A stretch of DNA of 64,000 nt from Haliotis cracherodii (Eukaryota), in the NCBI RefSeq assembly GCF_022045235.1, contig NW_027266264.1:80538001-80602000 (forward strand), read 5' to 3'. The notes beneath the pieces were generated by a model. The model made no database searches and was not told the DNA's origin. It worked only from the letters and a program-made list of their open reading frames with translations. A program made the position numbers and the translations under genes. Position 1 is the first letter of the stretch. Every line of letters begins with the position of its first letter. This document shows, piece after piece, positions 51,792 to 63,378 of this stretch.

Positions 51792-51985
51792 GGTGTGCTT
51801 CGACTGGTTCTCTACCGGAGGACTGCAGCCAATTCATCACCTGTGCCAACGGTTTGGAGTACCAGTACCAATGCGGCGAGGGAACCTACTACAGCAACGA
51901 TCTGCTCGTGTGTGTCCACCCCAAAGAGTATCCTGACATTCCAGAAAAACAGGGATGTGAATACATGGCCCAACAACCTCAGTAA
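51792..51985 (+). CDS. Gene F exon 3: CBM14-like domain 2 and stop
   Basis: Acceptor ctttttccAG. CASTGSLPEDCSQFITCANGLEYQYQCGEGTYYSNDLLVCVHPKEYPDIPEKQGCEYMAQQPQ*; AATAAA at 52140-52145. Confidence 0.87.
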
Positions 51986-52301
51986 CTACACCAGCTGCAC
52001 CCTCAGCGCTTGCAACTATCTCTCCCTGGCCAGCTAATGGCTATCTCACGGGGATGTCATTGACAGAAGTTAGTATATGTTTCGCCAAACTGCATTGCAT
52101 TAATATGGTTCAAAAACAGATTAAAACAACAAGAGGATGAATAAAATTGTCAATCAATATTTTCGTGTTTTCGTTCCTTAACATTACTTTGTAACAAAGC
52201 TATTCGAAAAAAATCGAATTATATGGTACCTCTGTATTGTGGTGTTATTTTTGTATACTAATTTATTCTAATCACGTCCTGGACAAGTGATTTGTTGAAT
52301 T

Positions 52302-52516
52302 GTTTGTTTGTTGTTTAACGCAACACTCGGCAATATTTCAGCTATATGACGGCGGTCTGTAAACAATCGAGTCTGGACCAGAAAATGCAGTGATTAACAT
52401 TATAAACATTGATCTACGCATTTGCGCATTCACGCGTATGCATTAATCAAGTCAGCGAGCCTGACAACCCGATGCCTCTAGTCGCTTCTTACGATGATCA
52501 TTGGTTGCTGAAGATC
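52302..52516 (-). mobile_element. SINE-like S3 downstream of gene F
   Basis: Homology to S3; positionally equivalent to the 63154-63378 copy downstream of G. Confidence 0.72.
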
Positions 52517-52559
52517 ACTCTCCCTTCTGTTAAGCCATGTGTTTTCAATACAAAATCTT

Positions 52560-54040
52560 TAAAGAGTGTCTTACAGATACTGTGCCGTCATACTGCGCAT
52601 CAAATGACATTATGTACATGGAGCAGAAAGGGATGTTGGGGTTGTAAGGATCAACTACTAGTTCAGAAAATTATCCTTGAAGAGGCTAAAACGTACCACC
52701 GTAACCTCTCAGTGTGTTGGACTATAGAAAAGCTTATTATTCTGTACCTCACGAACAGATTTTGAGGTCACTGAATGTAATGTCCCCGAGCGACTACTTG
52801 TCTTGCTCAAGTCTTTAATGAATTGCTAGTTAACTCAACTTGAGATGTATTCGCAGGGGCAGGTGTTGACTTCGGAACCCATTTCTACTAGAAAAGGAAC
52901 ATTTCAGGGCGATTCTTTTAGTCCTTTGCTTTTCTGTTTGTCACTAAATCATTTAAGCTTTTTGCTCAGCAAAGAGGAAGGTTATCCCCCGGAATCTCCT
53001 AAGCACAGATCCCCAACACCCCTTACTCTCCTCCTTTACATGGATGACCTTGAACGTATTGCCAATGGAGGATCTACACTAAAAAAACAGATTCTGCTTG
53101 TCGAGTCCTTTTCTTATGTTATCGGCATGTCCTTTGGACTCGACAAATGCACCATTCTTCATTTGAAACGTGGCAAGGTATAAGAGGGAGGATCAGTCAG
53201 TTTACTTCGGGGAGGAGTTATTGACAATCTTGTGGAAGGTCTGGCCTGTACGTACTTAGAGATGCAGGTTAGGGACAAACTGCAGAATGCCCATATCAAG
53301 GAAAATCTTCGGGCAGATTACAAATGTTGACTTAAGACATTCTGGAGTTCAGAGCTGAACGCTCGCAATAAAGTCAAAGCCACAAAAAAACAGATGCTGT
53401 ACCCGTCCTTTCGTATTCTTTTGGTGTTGTTGATTTGACGAAACAAGAAATTCAGGGTACTGACGCCCTCACACGAAGAATCATGTCAGACAATAGATCC
53501 CACCACCCTCGCTCTTCTCTCAATCGCTTATATTTACCAATAATGATGGGGCGGCGTGGTTGGATTAATGTGGAGGCTCTTCATGATAGAATTGTTTTGT
53601 GCACTTTTGCACACATTTATTTGTCTGATGATCCTCTTGTTAAGCACATCAAGACTCATGAAAACAAGGCATTCCACAGTTTTCTAAAACGAGCCAAGTA
53701 TGTGGGACATAATCTCAGTGCCAGTGTTCATATTGTTGATGGTTCTGTACTGCTGGACGGTACAGAAATGAGTGTCAACCAAGCGAAGTGCCATATCAAA
53801 TCGGCCCAGACTCAGTTTTACAGGAAGAGGTTATCTGAACGACCACTGCATCGAGTTTATATGCAGTGAGTTGGGAAGAACAACATCCCTGCAGAGTCCT
53901 TCGCTTGGATGAAGTCGACTGGCCTGAAACGTGAAGCATAAAGCTTTCTGTTTGCTGCTCGGGACAGGTACTTCCCACCCGAAACCGTCAAAGTGTGATT
54001 CTGCATCAAAATGTGGATATGAAATGTAAATTATGAACCT
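52560..54040 (+). mobile_element. Decayed non-LTR retrotransposon RT (R4/Dong-like)
   Basis: EQKGC, GCKDQLL, FQGDSFSPLLFCL, LLYMDDL, GMSFGLDKC and HHPRSSLNRLYLP across frameshifted ORFs 52409, 52845 and 53435. Confidence 0.8.
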
Positions 54041-57000
54041 CCCAATCTGTTGACTGACATTTGGAGATTACCCGGTTTGTTTTTTTTGCCAAAAATACAG
54101 CCCTTCTGACAATCTGGGTAATGCAGAAGGCTGCAGAGTTTGTGAGTCTTCACAATTTCCTTTCCGTCAACGCGCATGTTGACGGGGAATTAGCTCTTGG
54201 GGGGAAAGAAGGACAAAATCGACATAACTGTCCAGGAACGCTTTATGCACAACATGTAAACAATAAACAACAATTCCACAATGAGCGGAATACCTGCACT
54301 GAAAACACAAACACAGCAATGAGCGGACCTTCCAGCTTAGGCGTACAAGAGGTGAGCGGAGCTCCAGCTCACCTCAGGGCGTTTCCTACGAGCGGCACAT
54401 CCTGCTCGAGGTCGTCCCTATGCCAGCACTCGGAATACCAAGCCTGACTAACACCGTAGTAACTGTGTAATGGTAACGCATATATAGTAATGAACAACAA
54501 TGGACAGACAATGTGACAACGACGTTGCTTTGGACACTGGACATGTTGGCGTGATTAACCAACACAGTTCATGGGATGATCAATTAGGGCAATAAATGCC
54601 ATACTATAAAAAGCAGTAGTTAAAGGGAAGTGATATGGTAGTCCAGGCTGACTGACAGTCAAAATACAATGAAATGTTGGTGAGGATTAACAACGGGGAT
54701 TAGTGTCTTATAAATAATGACAATTAAGTTACGGAGACATATACATGTCATGGCTACAGGGTAATGAGCCTTTGCAATCAAATGTACTTCAGACAATGGT
54801 AGTCGTAAATCAGTCGCTATGACATTTCTATGGCAAGGTCGTGCAGTCCTATAAAAAATGTTGTATAAAGCTACAAAAGTTTAAAACGGTTGCGTTTTTT
54901 GCACCACACCAGTTAAAGGAAATGTGACTAAAATCGTTCAAATGCATTTGTATTAATATTATTAATACTCATTATCTCCTGTGCGTTTCTTTTTTTCTTT
55001 TTCTTTTTTGTGGCGGGGAGGGGGGGGGGGGGGGGGGGGAGTGTATTACCTCGCTAAAGAGAATTTAGAACTGATTCTTGGTAGAATGTGAATTTGAAAC
55101 CTCGCGTTGCGCGTTCGGTTCCGATTTCAATTTAGCACTGTTATATCTACAGGTAACGTAGCTCTACACTGAAAACACAGTGTATGTCCTAATTCTACGT
55201 TACATAAATTGGGAAATTACTCGATTCTAATAGGTCAGTCAGAAGTTATCAAATCCCAAGAAAATCCCTTTGATTGAAAAAGCCAAATATGTATAACCAT
55301 ACTTTCTTCAGTCATTGTGAGTAGGCATTAGAAAATGATGATATATGTTCATAATAAATGCAAAATGCAAATTTGCAGTTACCACGATTTTCAAAGAACG
55401 TGTGGCAGTACATTTTGTGCGGAAAACACGGTAGAAATATACTGAGAGAATGCATTTCAAGTTTTGGGGAAAATAGAGAGCTTGAAATGTGGCGCCTTTC
55501 TTAACAAACGACTTACCCGTAAAGATCCGGGTTAGAATAGGTCTTTCAGCAACCCATGCTTGTCGTAAGAGGCGACTAACGGGGTCGGGTGGTCATGCTC
55601 GCTTTGTATTGAATGTTTCATGAATATTCAAAATGCTCAAAACCCTATTATTACCCCGGTCAGTGGATCAGTGTGCTCTCACTAATCATTCTCAGCTCCC
55701 AGGGGAGTATACAACCCACGCTGCCTGTGAGGCGCTAGAAGGTTAACAGCCACAAGCCTTCTCATCCTATCGGGTACTCATTCACTGCTGGGTGAACAGA
55801 GGCACTTTTCGAACAAATCACTTGCGCAAGGAGGCACCATATGTTTTATATGGGCATAAAATAAAGTAGTTTTATTTGATTTCATCCTTGCTACATCTGT
55901 CCGATCGTAGATTGTATTCAACCTCATTTCTCAATAATCCAATTGAAAAAGCTACTAAATTAAATGTTTAATATGACATCAAAAACATTCTTTTCTAAAA
56001 GTCCATATCCAAAATGCAGTGGGTAGTTACAGCGCACATGTCTTCGTTAATTAATACATGATAAAACAGTCTACCATAACACTGAAAAATGTTCTGATTG
56101 GTCAAAATATCAATAAAGACAGGTTTCTAATTCTATAAGATACCCCATCATAGGCATGCCTTTTCACACAAAATTTTGCAAATGACTACATCAATCTATC
56201 GATAGCCTATATATATATATCGATACATATAACAATGTACCAATTAGACCTGAATACGTTCGATATCGGAACATTATCAGATGCTTTTGTCAACCTTTCA
56301 CACACATCTATGTCAAAACACATACTGTTATAAAACACACACTAACACTGGTCCCAGGGTAGACTATATTTTGTGGTTACTGATGGTTGTGATGCGGTTT
56401 GTTGTAACTGACAATATCTTCCTCACAACTTCTCTTCATGGCTGTCTTCAACATTGGCCCGAGGCCACACTTTTTTGCTTGCTTTACAAATTTGTACAGG
56501 AAAATGTCTGTCGTTAGGTGGGGGAAAAAAAGAAATTTGGTTTGGGTTTCTCCTCCACTACAGGGGGAGAGGTGGGGAGGGGTGGGGAGTGGTAGGGAGG
56601 GGCTGGTAGGAAAGTAATTATGGTTTAATGTGGGAGGAAAGCTGCAACACATATGATGCTTTAAGCAAACCTGGAGAATCAAACGCGAATCACTTTGGGC
56701 CCACTACCAGTATCAAATATAAATTATTGAATAAGTTCTCCTGACTGACAACTAACCGTTTATCTACCTGTAACTTGCACTTTATTTTGACTTTCATGAC
56801 CGAGTACAAAAGTGTGGCTTATTTGAAAGAAAGAAGACGAAAGAGGAATTTGTTACCANNNNNNNNNNNNNNNNNNNNNNNNNNNNNNNNNNNNNNNNNN
56901 NNNNNNNNNNNNNNNNNNNNNNNNNNNNNNNNNNNNNNNNNNNNNNNNNNNNNNNNNNNNNNNNNNNNNNNNNNNNNNNNNNNNNNNNNNNNNNNNNNNN

Positions 57001-57500
57001 NNNNNNNNNNNNACCATGTCTCCTCCGCGAATCTCATCCAGCATCCCGGGTCTTCACAAACAGGCTGACTCATACACACAGGGCGAGGTTACATCTGACG
57101 TTTACACTTCCCATCCATTAAACTCTCCACGCTGACCTATTCACGTCTCCACCAATACACTGCATCCAATGTCATTAAGTTAATTTGATATTTATCTCGT
57201 TGTAATCCGCTATACAAAACTAGTTTTTATTCGGTTCAACATTTGCTTCGATTCTCTTGCCGTTCTCGGTGACGTTGCAGAAGAATGTCACCGCGTGTGA
57301 AATGCTTCCACCATATACCTCCTCAGATATCATCCCATCAGCTCGACAAATAGGCTTTACTTCATGCCTTCGAAACGGACATGGATCAAACACGGCAAAA
57401 CCTCGGGTGCATTTCGTTATAACAAAATACAACATACTATGGACAAATAAAAATCCGGGGAACATTTATTGTCATAGTAGGCATTTACTTAAGGGGAGGG

Positions 57501-57529
57501 TTCCTGTTCCACGTGCCCCTATAATAGAC
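57501..57529 (+). promoter_or_regulatory. E-box plus TATA core promoter of gene G
   Basis: CACGTGccccTATAATAG. Confidence 0.6.
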
Positions 57530-57625
57530 GGGTCTTGCGGCATTTCGACAGTTCTGCTTTTGGAGTTTTCACATACACACGTTAACCGGATTCCTCGTCG
57601 TTATACGCAACAGAATTTATACAAG

Positions 57626-57692
57626 ATGTTGAAGTTCTCTGGCATTGGTATTGCTCTTCTGGGACTTGTCCTCGCTATTGACGGACAGATGG
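57626..57692 (+). CDS. Gene G exon 1: signal peptide (151 aa protein)
   Basis: MLKFSGIGIALLGLVLAIDGQM; donor GTAAGT at 57693. Confidence 0.85.
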
Positions 57693-58017
57693 GTAAGTAG
57701 TTATCCCCCTAGAGTCAGTTATGTAAACTGTCGACGTACATCAGCCTGATGACGTTGCCTTAACGCTACACCGACGTCATTGTTAGTCGGTTGTAGATAG
57801 AGATGAGTTACCATGTTGAACAGACGCTTTGTCTTAACACGTCGACAGAGTCGGCGCTCTGAGTGAAGTGTCGTTCAAGATAACTCTGGAGTCGATTAAT
57901 GTATTGTTTCAGTGTACAGATGTGTAGTTTCACGAGCTCTCTATGTTATCTATGGACAATGGGGTAGCCTTACGGTTACAGCATTCAGTCGCCCTACCGA
58001 AGTCTCACGTGTAAAGA

Positions 58018-58295
58018 GGGGGAACGAGTGGCCCAGTCGTCTAAGGCGCCGCGATTCGCTGTGCAGAGTTGCGTCCCTTGGGCACGCCAGAAACCTATGA
58101 TCGTGGGTTCGAATCCCGGTTTGCCCCGATTATGTTTCTAGGTTTGTCAGCACCATACCCGTGCTCGTGGGTTTCACCGAAGTGGTAAACGTCTGAGACC
58201 TGCATCACTTCGGGCTTTCCTCCAACATTAAGCTGACACGCTGCGATATAACTGGAATACTATTAAAAGCAGCGTTAAACCCAACTCACTCACTT
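58018..58295 (+). mobile_element. SINE S1 in gene G intron 1, nested among older SINE fragments
   Basis: TSD ACGTGTAAAGA (58007-58017/58296-58306). Confidence 0.85.
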
Positions 58296-58559
58296 ACGTG
58301 TAAAGAACCGTCTCTGTGGTCTTGTGGTAGAGCGTCTAAAACGCGCACACACACACACTAACACACTAACACACACACTAATTCACCTCACCTCATGTGT
58401 GAAGATCTTCAGCGATGTCCTCTGCTTTGATATGGCTGTTTTTCCATTAGGCACCACTTAAAGCCCGCTCACTATGTGATATTACAGTAACAGCAAACAT
58501 CTTCCACGTTTACACGTATGGTACCGCTCTGATCTTATTATAGCATTATTAAATCATGT

Positions 58560-58720
58560 GTGAGTGAGTATGGTCTTACGTCACTTCTAGCACATACCAG
58601 CAAAATCACGACAGGGGACACCAGAAATAAGCTTCACAGATTATAAGCGTGTGGGGAATCGAACCTGGGTCTTCAGCGTTACGGGGGAACGCTTTAACCA
58701 TTAGGCTACCCCACCAGCCC
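58560..58720 (-). mobile_element. SINE S2, diverged
   Basis: Homology to S2; further partial copies near 3414-3455, 28635-28760, 43021-43170 and 51500-51617. Confidence 0.7.
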
Positions 58721-58949
58721 ATCGTTCACATGCACTCAAATTGTTAATGAAATATGTAGTTCCATAAAAGAACAATATGTGTGCACGCCTCTTACATCAA
58801 TAATGCGATAGTTAAGATGGAAATAACGTTTGTCAGGAATGTATCTGTTGTATGTGAATTGCATTCAAACTTCCCTGTTCATTTTGATATTTTCATGGAT
58901 ATTTATCTATCTACATGCCGCATTTGAACTAAATATTTTATGCATGATA

Positions 58950-60185
58950 AGAATGTGTACCAGGTACACACGATAATATACTTAGGAGTTACTTGTAGAA
59001 TGTGTGCTGTTATACATTTGCGGATTAACTTGAGTAGAATATGTGCTCCGCAAACACGGTTATATACTTGTAGGGTAACTTTGAGTAGAATGTGTGCCCA
59101 GTACACATGGTTATATACTTGTGAGGTCCCCAGTACACATGGTTATATACTTGTGAGGTAACTTTGAGTAGAATGGGTGCCCAGCACACATGGTTATATA
59201 CTTGTGGAGTAACTTGAGTAGAATGTGTGCCCAGTACACTCGGTTATATGTTTGTGAGTTAACTTGAGTAGAATGTGTGCCCAGTACACATGGTTATATA
59301 CTTGTGAGGTAACTGGAGTAGAACGTGAGGAATGCACACTCGGTTATATACTTGTAGGGTAACTTTGAGTAGAATGTGTGCCCAGTACACATGGTTATAT
59401 ACTTGTAGGGTAACTTGAGTAGATTGTGTGCCCAGTACACATGGTTATATACTTGTAGGGTAACTTTGAGCAGAACGTGTGCCCAGTACACATGGTTATA
59501 TACTTGTAGGGTAACTTGAGTAGATTGTGTGCCCAGTACACATGGTTATATACTTGTAGGGTAACTTTGAGTAGAATGTGTGCCCAGTACACATGGTTAT
59601 ATACTTGTAGGGTAACTTTGAGTAGAATGTGTGCCCAGTACACATGGTTATATACTTGTAGGGTAACTTGAGTAGAATGTGTGCCAATTACACGCTGTTA
59701 TATACTTGTGAGGTAACTTGAGTAGAATGTGTGCACAGCACACTCGGTTATATACTTGTAGGGTAACTTTGAATAGAATGTGTGCCAATTACACGCTGTT
59801 ATATACTTGTGAGGTAACTTGAGTAGAATGTGTGCACAGCACACTCGGTTATATACTTGTAGGGTAACTTTGAATAGAATGTGTGCCAATTACACGCTGT
59901 TATATATACTTGTGAGGTAACTTGAGTAGAATGTGTGCCCAGTACACGCGGTTATATACTTGTAGGGTAGCTTTAGCAGAATGTGTGCCCAGTACATGCG
60001 GTTATATATACTTGTGAGGTAACTTTAGCAGAATGTGTGCCCAGTACACGCGGTTATATATACTTGTGAGGTAACTTTAGCAGAATGTGTGCCCAGTACA
60101 CGCGGTTATATATACTTGTGAGGTAACTTTAGCAGAATGTGTGCCCAGTACACGTGGTTATATATACTTGTGAGGTAACTTTAGA
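58950..60185. repeat. Minisatellite of about 50-51 bp, gene G intron 1 (paralog of the F array)
   Basis: Same unit with array-specific variants. Confidence 0.92.
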
Positions 60186-60499
60186 GGGACAAATCCTCAC
60201 ATCCGAACCTGTCCGCTTGTGATTTTAATAGGATAGAACTGGGCCTACTGTTGATGTTTGTTGCTTAGAATTTTGCTCCCAGTACCTAAATAATCAGTTT
60301 TATAATATACAATATATATTTTAACATGTTGTTTGCAGCATTTCAGGTGTCACCAGTACTCACGCTTGTCTACTAATAATACATCCGACACCAGAGATGT
60401 GCTGGACAAATGAAGTCTTTATCTCACTATTGGGGTGATTTCTGGATTCAGTAAAACATATTTTCGTTTTTCTTCAAATGCTGCCAAACAGGTATTCTC

Positions 60500-61140
60500 A
60501 TGTAGTTTTTTCGGAGCCAGTCGTATATAGTTTCGTCAGATCCATCCGTATATTGGTACTTCAGAGCCAGTCGTATATAATTTCTTCAGGGCCAGTCGTA
60601 TATAGTTTCTTCAGAGCCAGTCGTATAAAGTTTCTTCAGAGCCAGTCGTATATAGTTTCTTCGGAGCCAGTCGTATATAGTTTCTTCAGAGCCAGTCGTA
60701 TATAGTTTCTCCAGATACAGTCGAATATAATTTCTTCTGAGCGAGTCGTATTTACTTCCTTCGGAGCAAGTCGTATAAGTTTCTTCAGAGCCAGTCGTAT
60801 ATAGTTTTTTTCAGAGCCAGTCGTGTATTGTTTCTTCAGAGACTGTTGTATATAGTTTCTCCAGATACAATCAAATACAGTTTCTTCAGAGCCAGTCGTA
60901 TTATATTTCTTCAGAGCCATTCGTATATAGTTTCTTCAGAGACAGTCGCATACAGTTCCTTCGGAGACAGTCTTATTTGCTTCCTTCAGAGACAGTTTCT
61001 TCATAGATAATCGTATAAAGTTCCTTCAGAGTATGTCGTATAGAGTTTCTTCAGAGCCAGCCGTATAGAGTGTCTTCAGATCCAGCTCTATACAGTTTCT
61101 TCAGAGGGAGTGGTATATAGTTGTTTTTTCAGAGACAGTC
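60500..61140. repeat. Degenerate repeat of about 25-27 bp before G exon 2 (shorter paralog at 50040-50240 in F)
   Basis: TAGTTTCTTCAGAGCCAGTCGTATA. Confidence 0.8.
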
Positions 61141-61176
61141 GCACTAAGTGTCTAACCTCTCCTTGTTTACCTTCAG

Positions 61177-61380
61177 GAATACGTGATACCCGGTGTGATA
61201 ATCTGCCGGACGGCACAGGGAACGTGGTGGCCAACGGCAAGGCTTGCAGAGAGTTCCTCCTGTGCTGGAAATACAACATCTACGGCCCTTTGCCCTGCCC
61301 TGGTGACACATTGTTCAACTCAACAAGCGGCAATTGTGATGCAACGCAATGCTTCGATGACAGACAAGGACCTGTGGACG
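61177..61380 (+). CDS. Gene G exon 2: CBM14-like domain 1
   Basis: Acceptor taccttcAG, donor GTGGGT; 204 nt as in F. IRDTRCDNLPDGTGNVVANGKACREFLLCWKYNIYGPLPCPGDTLFNSTSGNCDATQCFDDRQGPVD. Confidence 0.85.
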
Positions 61381-61519
61381 GTGGGTTCTCGAGTACCACT
61401 ACAATTATTAATGTAACAGCTACGTTGACTGCTACTACAACTACTGAACCCTCTACTACGTCTACGACAAGTTCTACCGTTAAAGAATAACTTATAATGA
61501 ATATATCCATGTGATCGTT

Positions 61520-61569
61520 GCTACTTATGCTGCTGCCACTACTACTAATACTACTACTACTACTTCTAC

Positions 61570-61626
<57 letters not shown>

Positions 61627-62042
61627 CTGCACAACTACAACCACTACACTACTCCCTCCACTACTACCATTACCACACCTACACTACTACTAAAACAAGG
61701 ACTGGTCGGCTCGGAGTAAGTATACTGTGTCTGAGTGGGGTATTCATGTTAAACTGCGGCATGGTATCTCAGTGAACTCGCACTATAAATCGGCATCAGT
61801 CCGGACTAGTACAAGCAGCCACAACTACTACTACCATTACCACGCCTACACTACTACTACCACCACTACTACTGCTATATCCACCACTACCTCCACTAGT
61901 ACTACTACTACTACTTCTTCTTCTACTACTACTACTACTACCACTACTACTACAACTACTACTACCACCCCTACGACTACTACTACCACTACTACTACTA
62001 CTACTTCTACTACTTCTACTACTACTACTACTACTACCACTT
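61520..62042. repeat. (ACT)n-rich microsatellite field in gene G intron 2
   Basis: ACT/ACC runs interrupted by an S4 fragment. Confidence 0.85.
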
Positions 62043-62350
62043 GTGCCATAGGAAGCCATCGTGATGGTCCGGATTTGACTAGTTTCATTCAAATTGTGTC
62101 GGTAATTAAACTGGATCAGGTTGTCAGGCTCGGTGTCTTTGTTGTTTGGGTGTCATTGTACCCCGACGGCGCCGGAAACTGCTCAGACTCTTTTATGTAC
62201 GGACTGTTGTCATGTACATTATAGCTGGAATAGTGTTTAAACGAAAACGAAAAACTAAATAAATATGAAGCGTGAAGTATTCCCCCAACATGCCAGAGAT
62301 GTTAAATGTTTTTTCAATGAAGTGATGCGCTCCAACACACAGTCTAAATA

Positions 62351-62525
62351 CAGTAAACAACGGTTAAAACGAATACGCTTAAAAGGAACTGACTGATATA
62401 ATGAACTTAGTTTTTAGTCCCGGCAATTTGTTGTATATATGCTGTATAAATGCTTATAACAAACTACGGTTATAACGAACTAAAATAAGTGGTCCCTTTG
62501 AGTTCGTTATAACCGTAGTTTACTG
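62351..62525. mobile_element. Tc1/pogo-type MITE about 25 bp upstream of the gene G exon 3 acceptor
   Basis: TA|CAGTAAACAACGGTTAAAACGAA / TTCGTTATAACCGTAGTTTACTG|TA; absent in gene F. Confidence 0.75.
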
Positions 62526-62551
62526 TACTGCATTTTGTGTGTTTTTTCAAG

Positions 62552-62736
62552 GGTGTGCCTTCACGGGTGCTCTACCGGAGGACTGCAGCCAATTCATCAC
62601 GTGTGCCAACGGTTTGGAATGGCGGTACCAATGCGGCAAGGGAACCTACTACAGCAACAGGCTGCTCGTGTGCGTTAGCCCCTTAGAGTACCCGGAAATC
62701 CCAACAACACAGGGATGTGCCTACTTTCCATTATAA
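62552..62736 (+). CDS. Gene G exon 3: CBM14-like domain 2 and stop
   Basis: Acceptor ttttttcaAG. CAFTGALPEDCSQFITCANGLEWRYQCGKGTYYSNRLLVCVSPLEYPEIPTTQGCAYFPL*. Confidence 0.86.
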
Positions 62737-63153
62737 CTTCAGTAACTGCGTCTACATCAGATACACCTTCAGCGCTTGCAACAATCTCGCCCTGACTAGC
62801 TGATCGCTATCTCACGGGAAAGAAGTCATTCAGAAAAGTTAAGATATATTTTTTAAAAACCGCATTGTAGTAATATGTTTCACAAACATGAAAACAACCC
62901 AAGAGAACGAATAACAATTTAAATCAATATTCCTCTGTTGTTTTATTGCTTTGATATTAATTGTAACACTGCTATTGAAAAAAGTTGAATTACTTTGCAC
63001 CTCGTAATTTTGGTATTATTTTTGTTTGTTTTACTTCCAATGACTGTGTGAGGCGGCAACGTGGACTACCTGGACAAGTGGTCTGTTGCAAAGTGTTCCT
63101 TATCATAACAAAGACATAGTAGTGTTTTTTGATTTGATCCGTCCGATCGTACA

Positions 63154-63378
63154 TTGTTTGTTTGTTTAACGCCGCACTCAAAATATTTCAGCTGTATGAT
63201 GGCGGTCTGTAAATAATCGAGTCTGGACCAGACAATCCAATGATTGACATCATAAGCATCGATCTGAGCAAATTGGGATACGATTTTATGCATCAACCAA
63301 GTCAGCGAGCCTGGCCACCCGATCCCGTTAGTTGCATCTACGACATGCATGGGTTGCTGAAGCCCTATTCTAACCCGC
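63154..63378 (-). mobile_element. SINE-like S3 downstream of gene G
   Basis: Homology to S3. Confidence 0.75.

Noticed and set aside
57257-57625. Upstream in-frame extensions of exon-1 ORFs (also 30220, 39146, 46853)
   Set aside because: The starts differ among paralogs, are non-ATG and mostly precede the TATA box; the conserved ATG before the hydrophobic leader is the better start.
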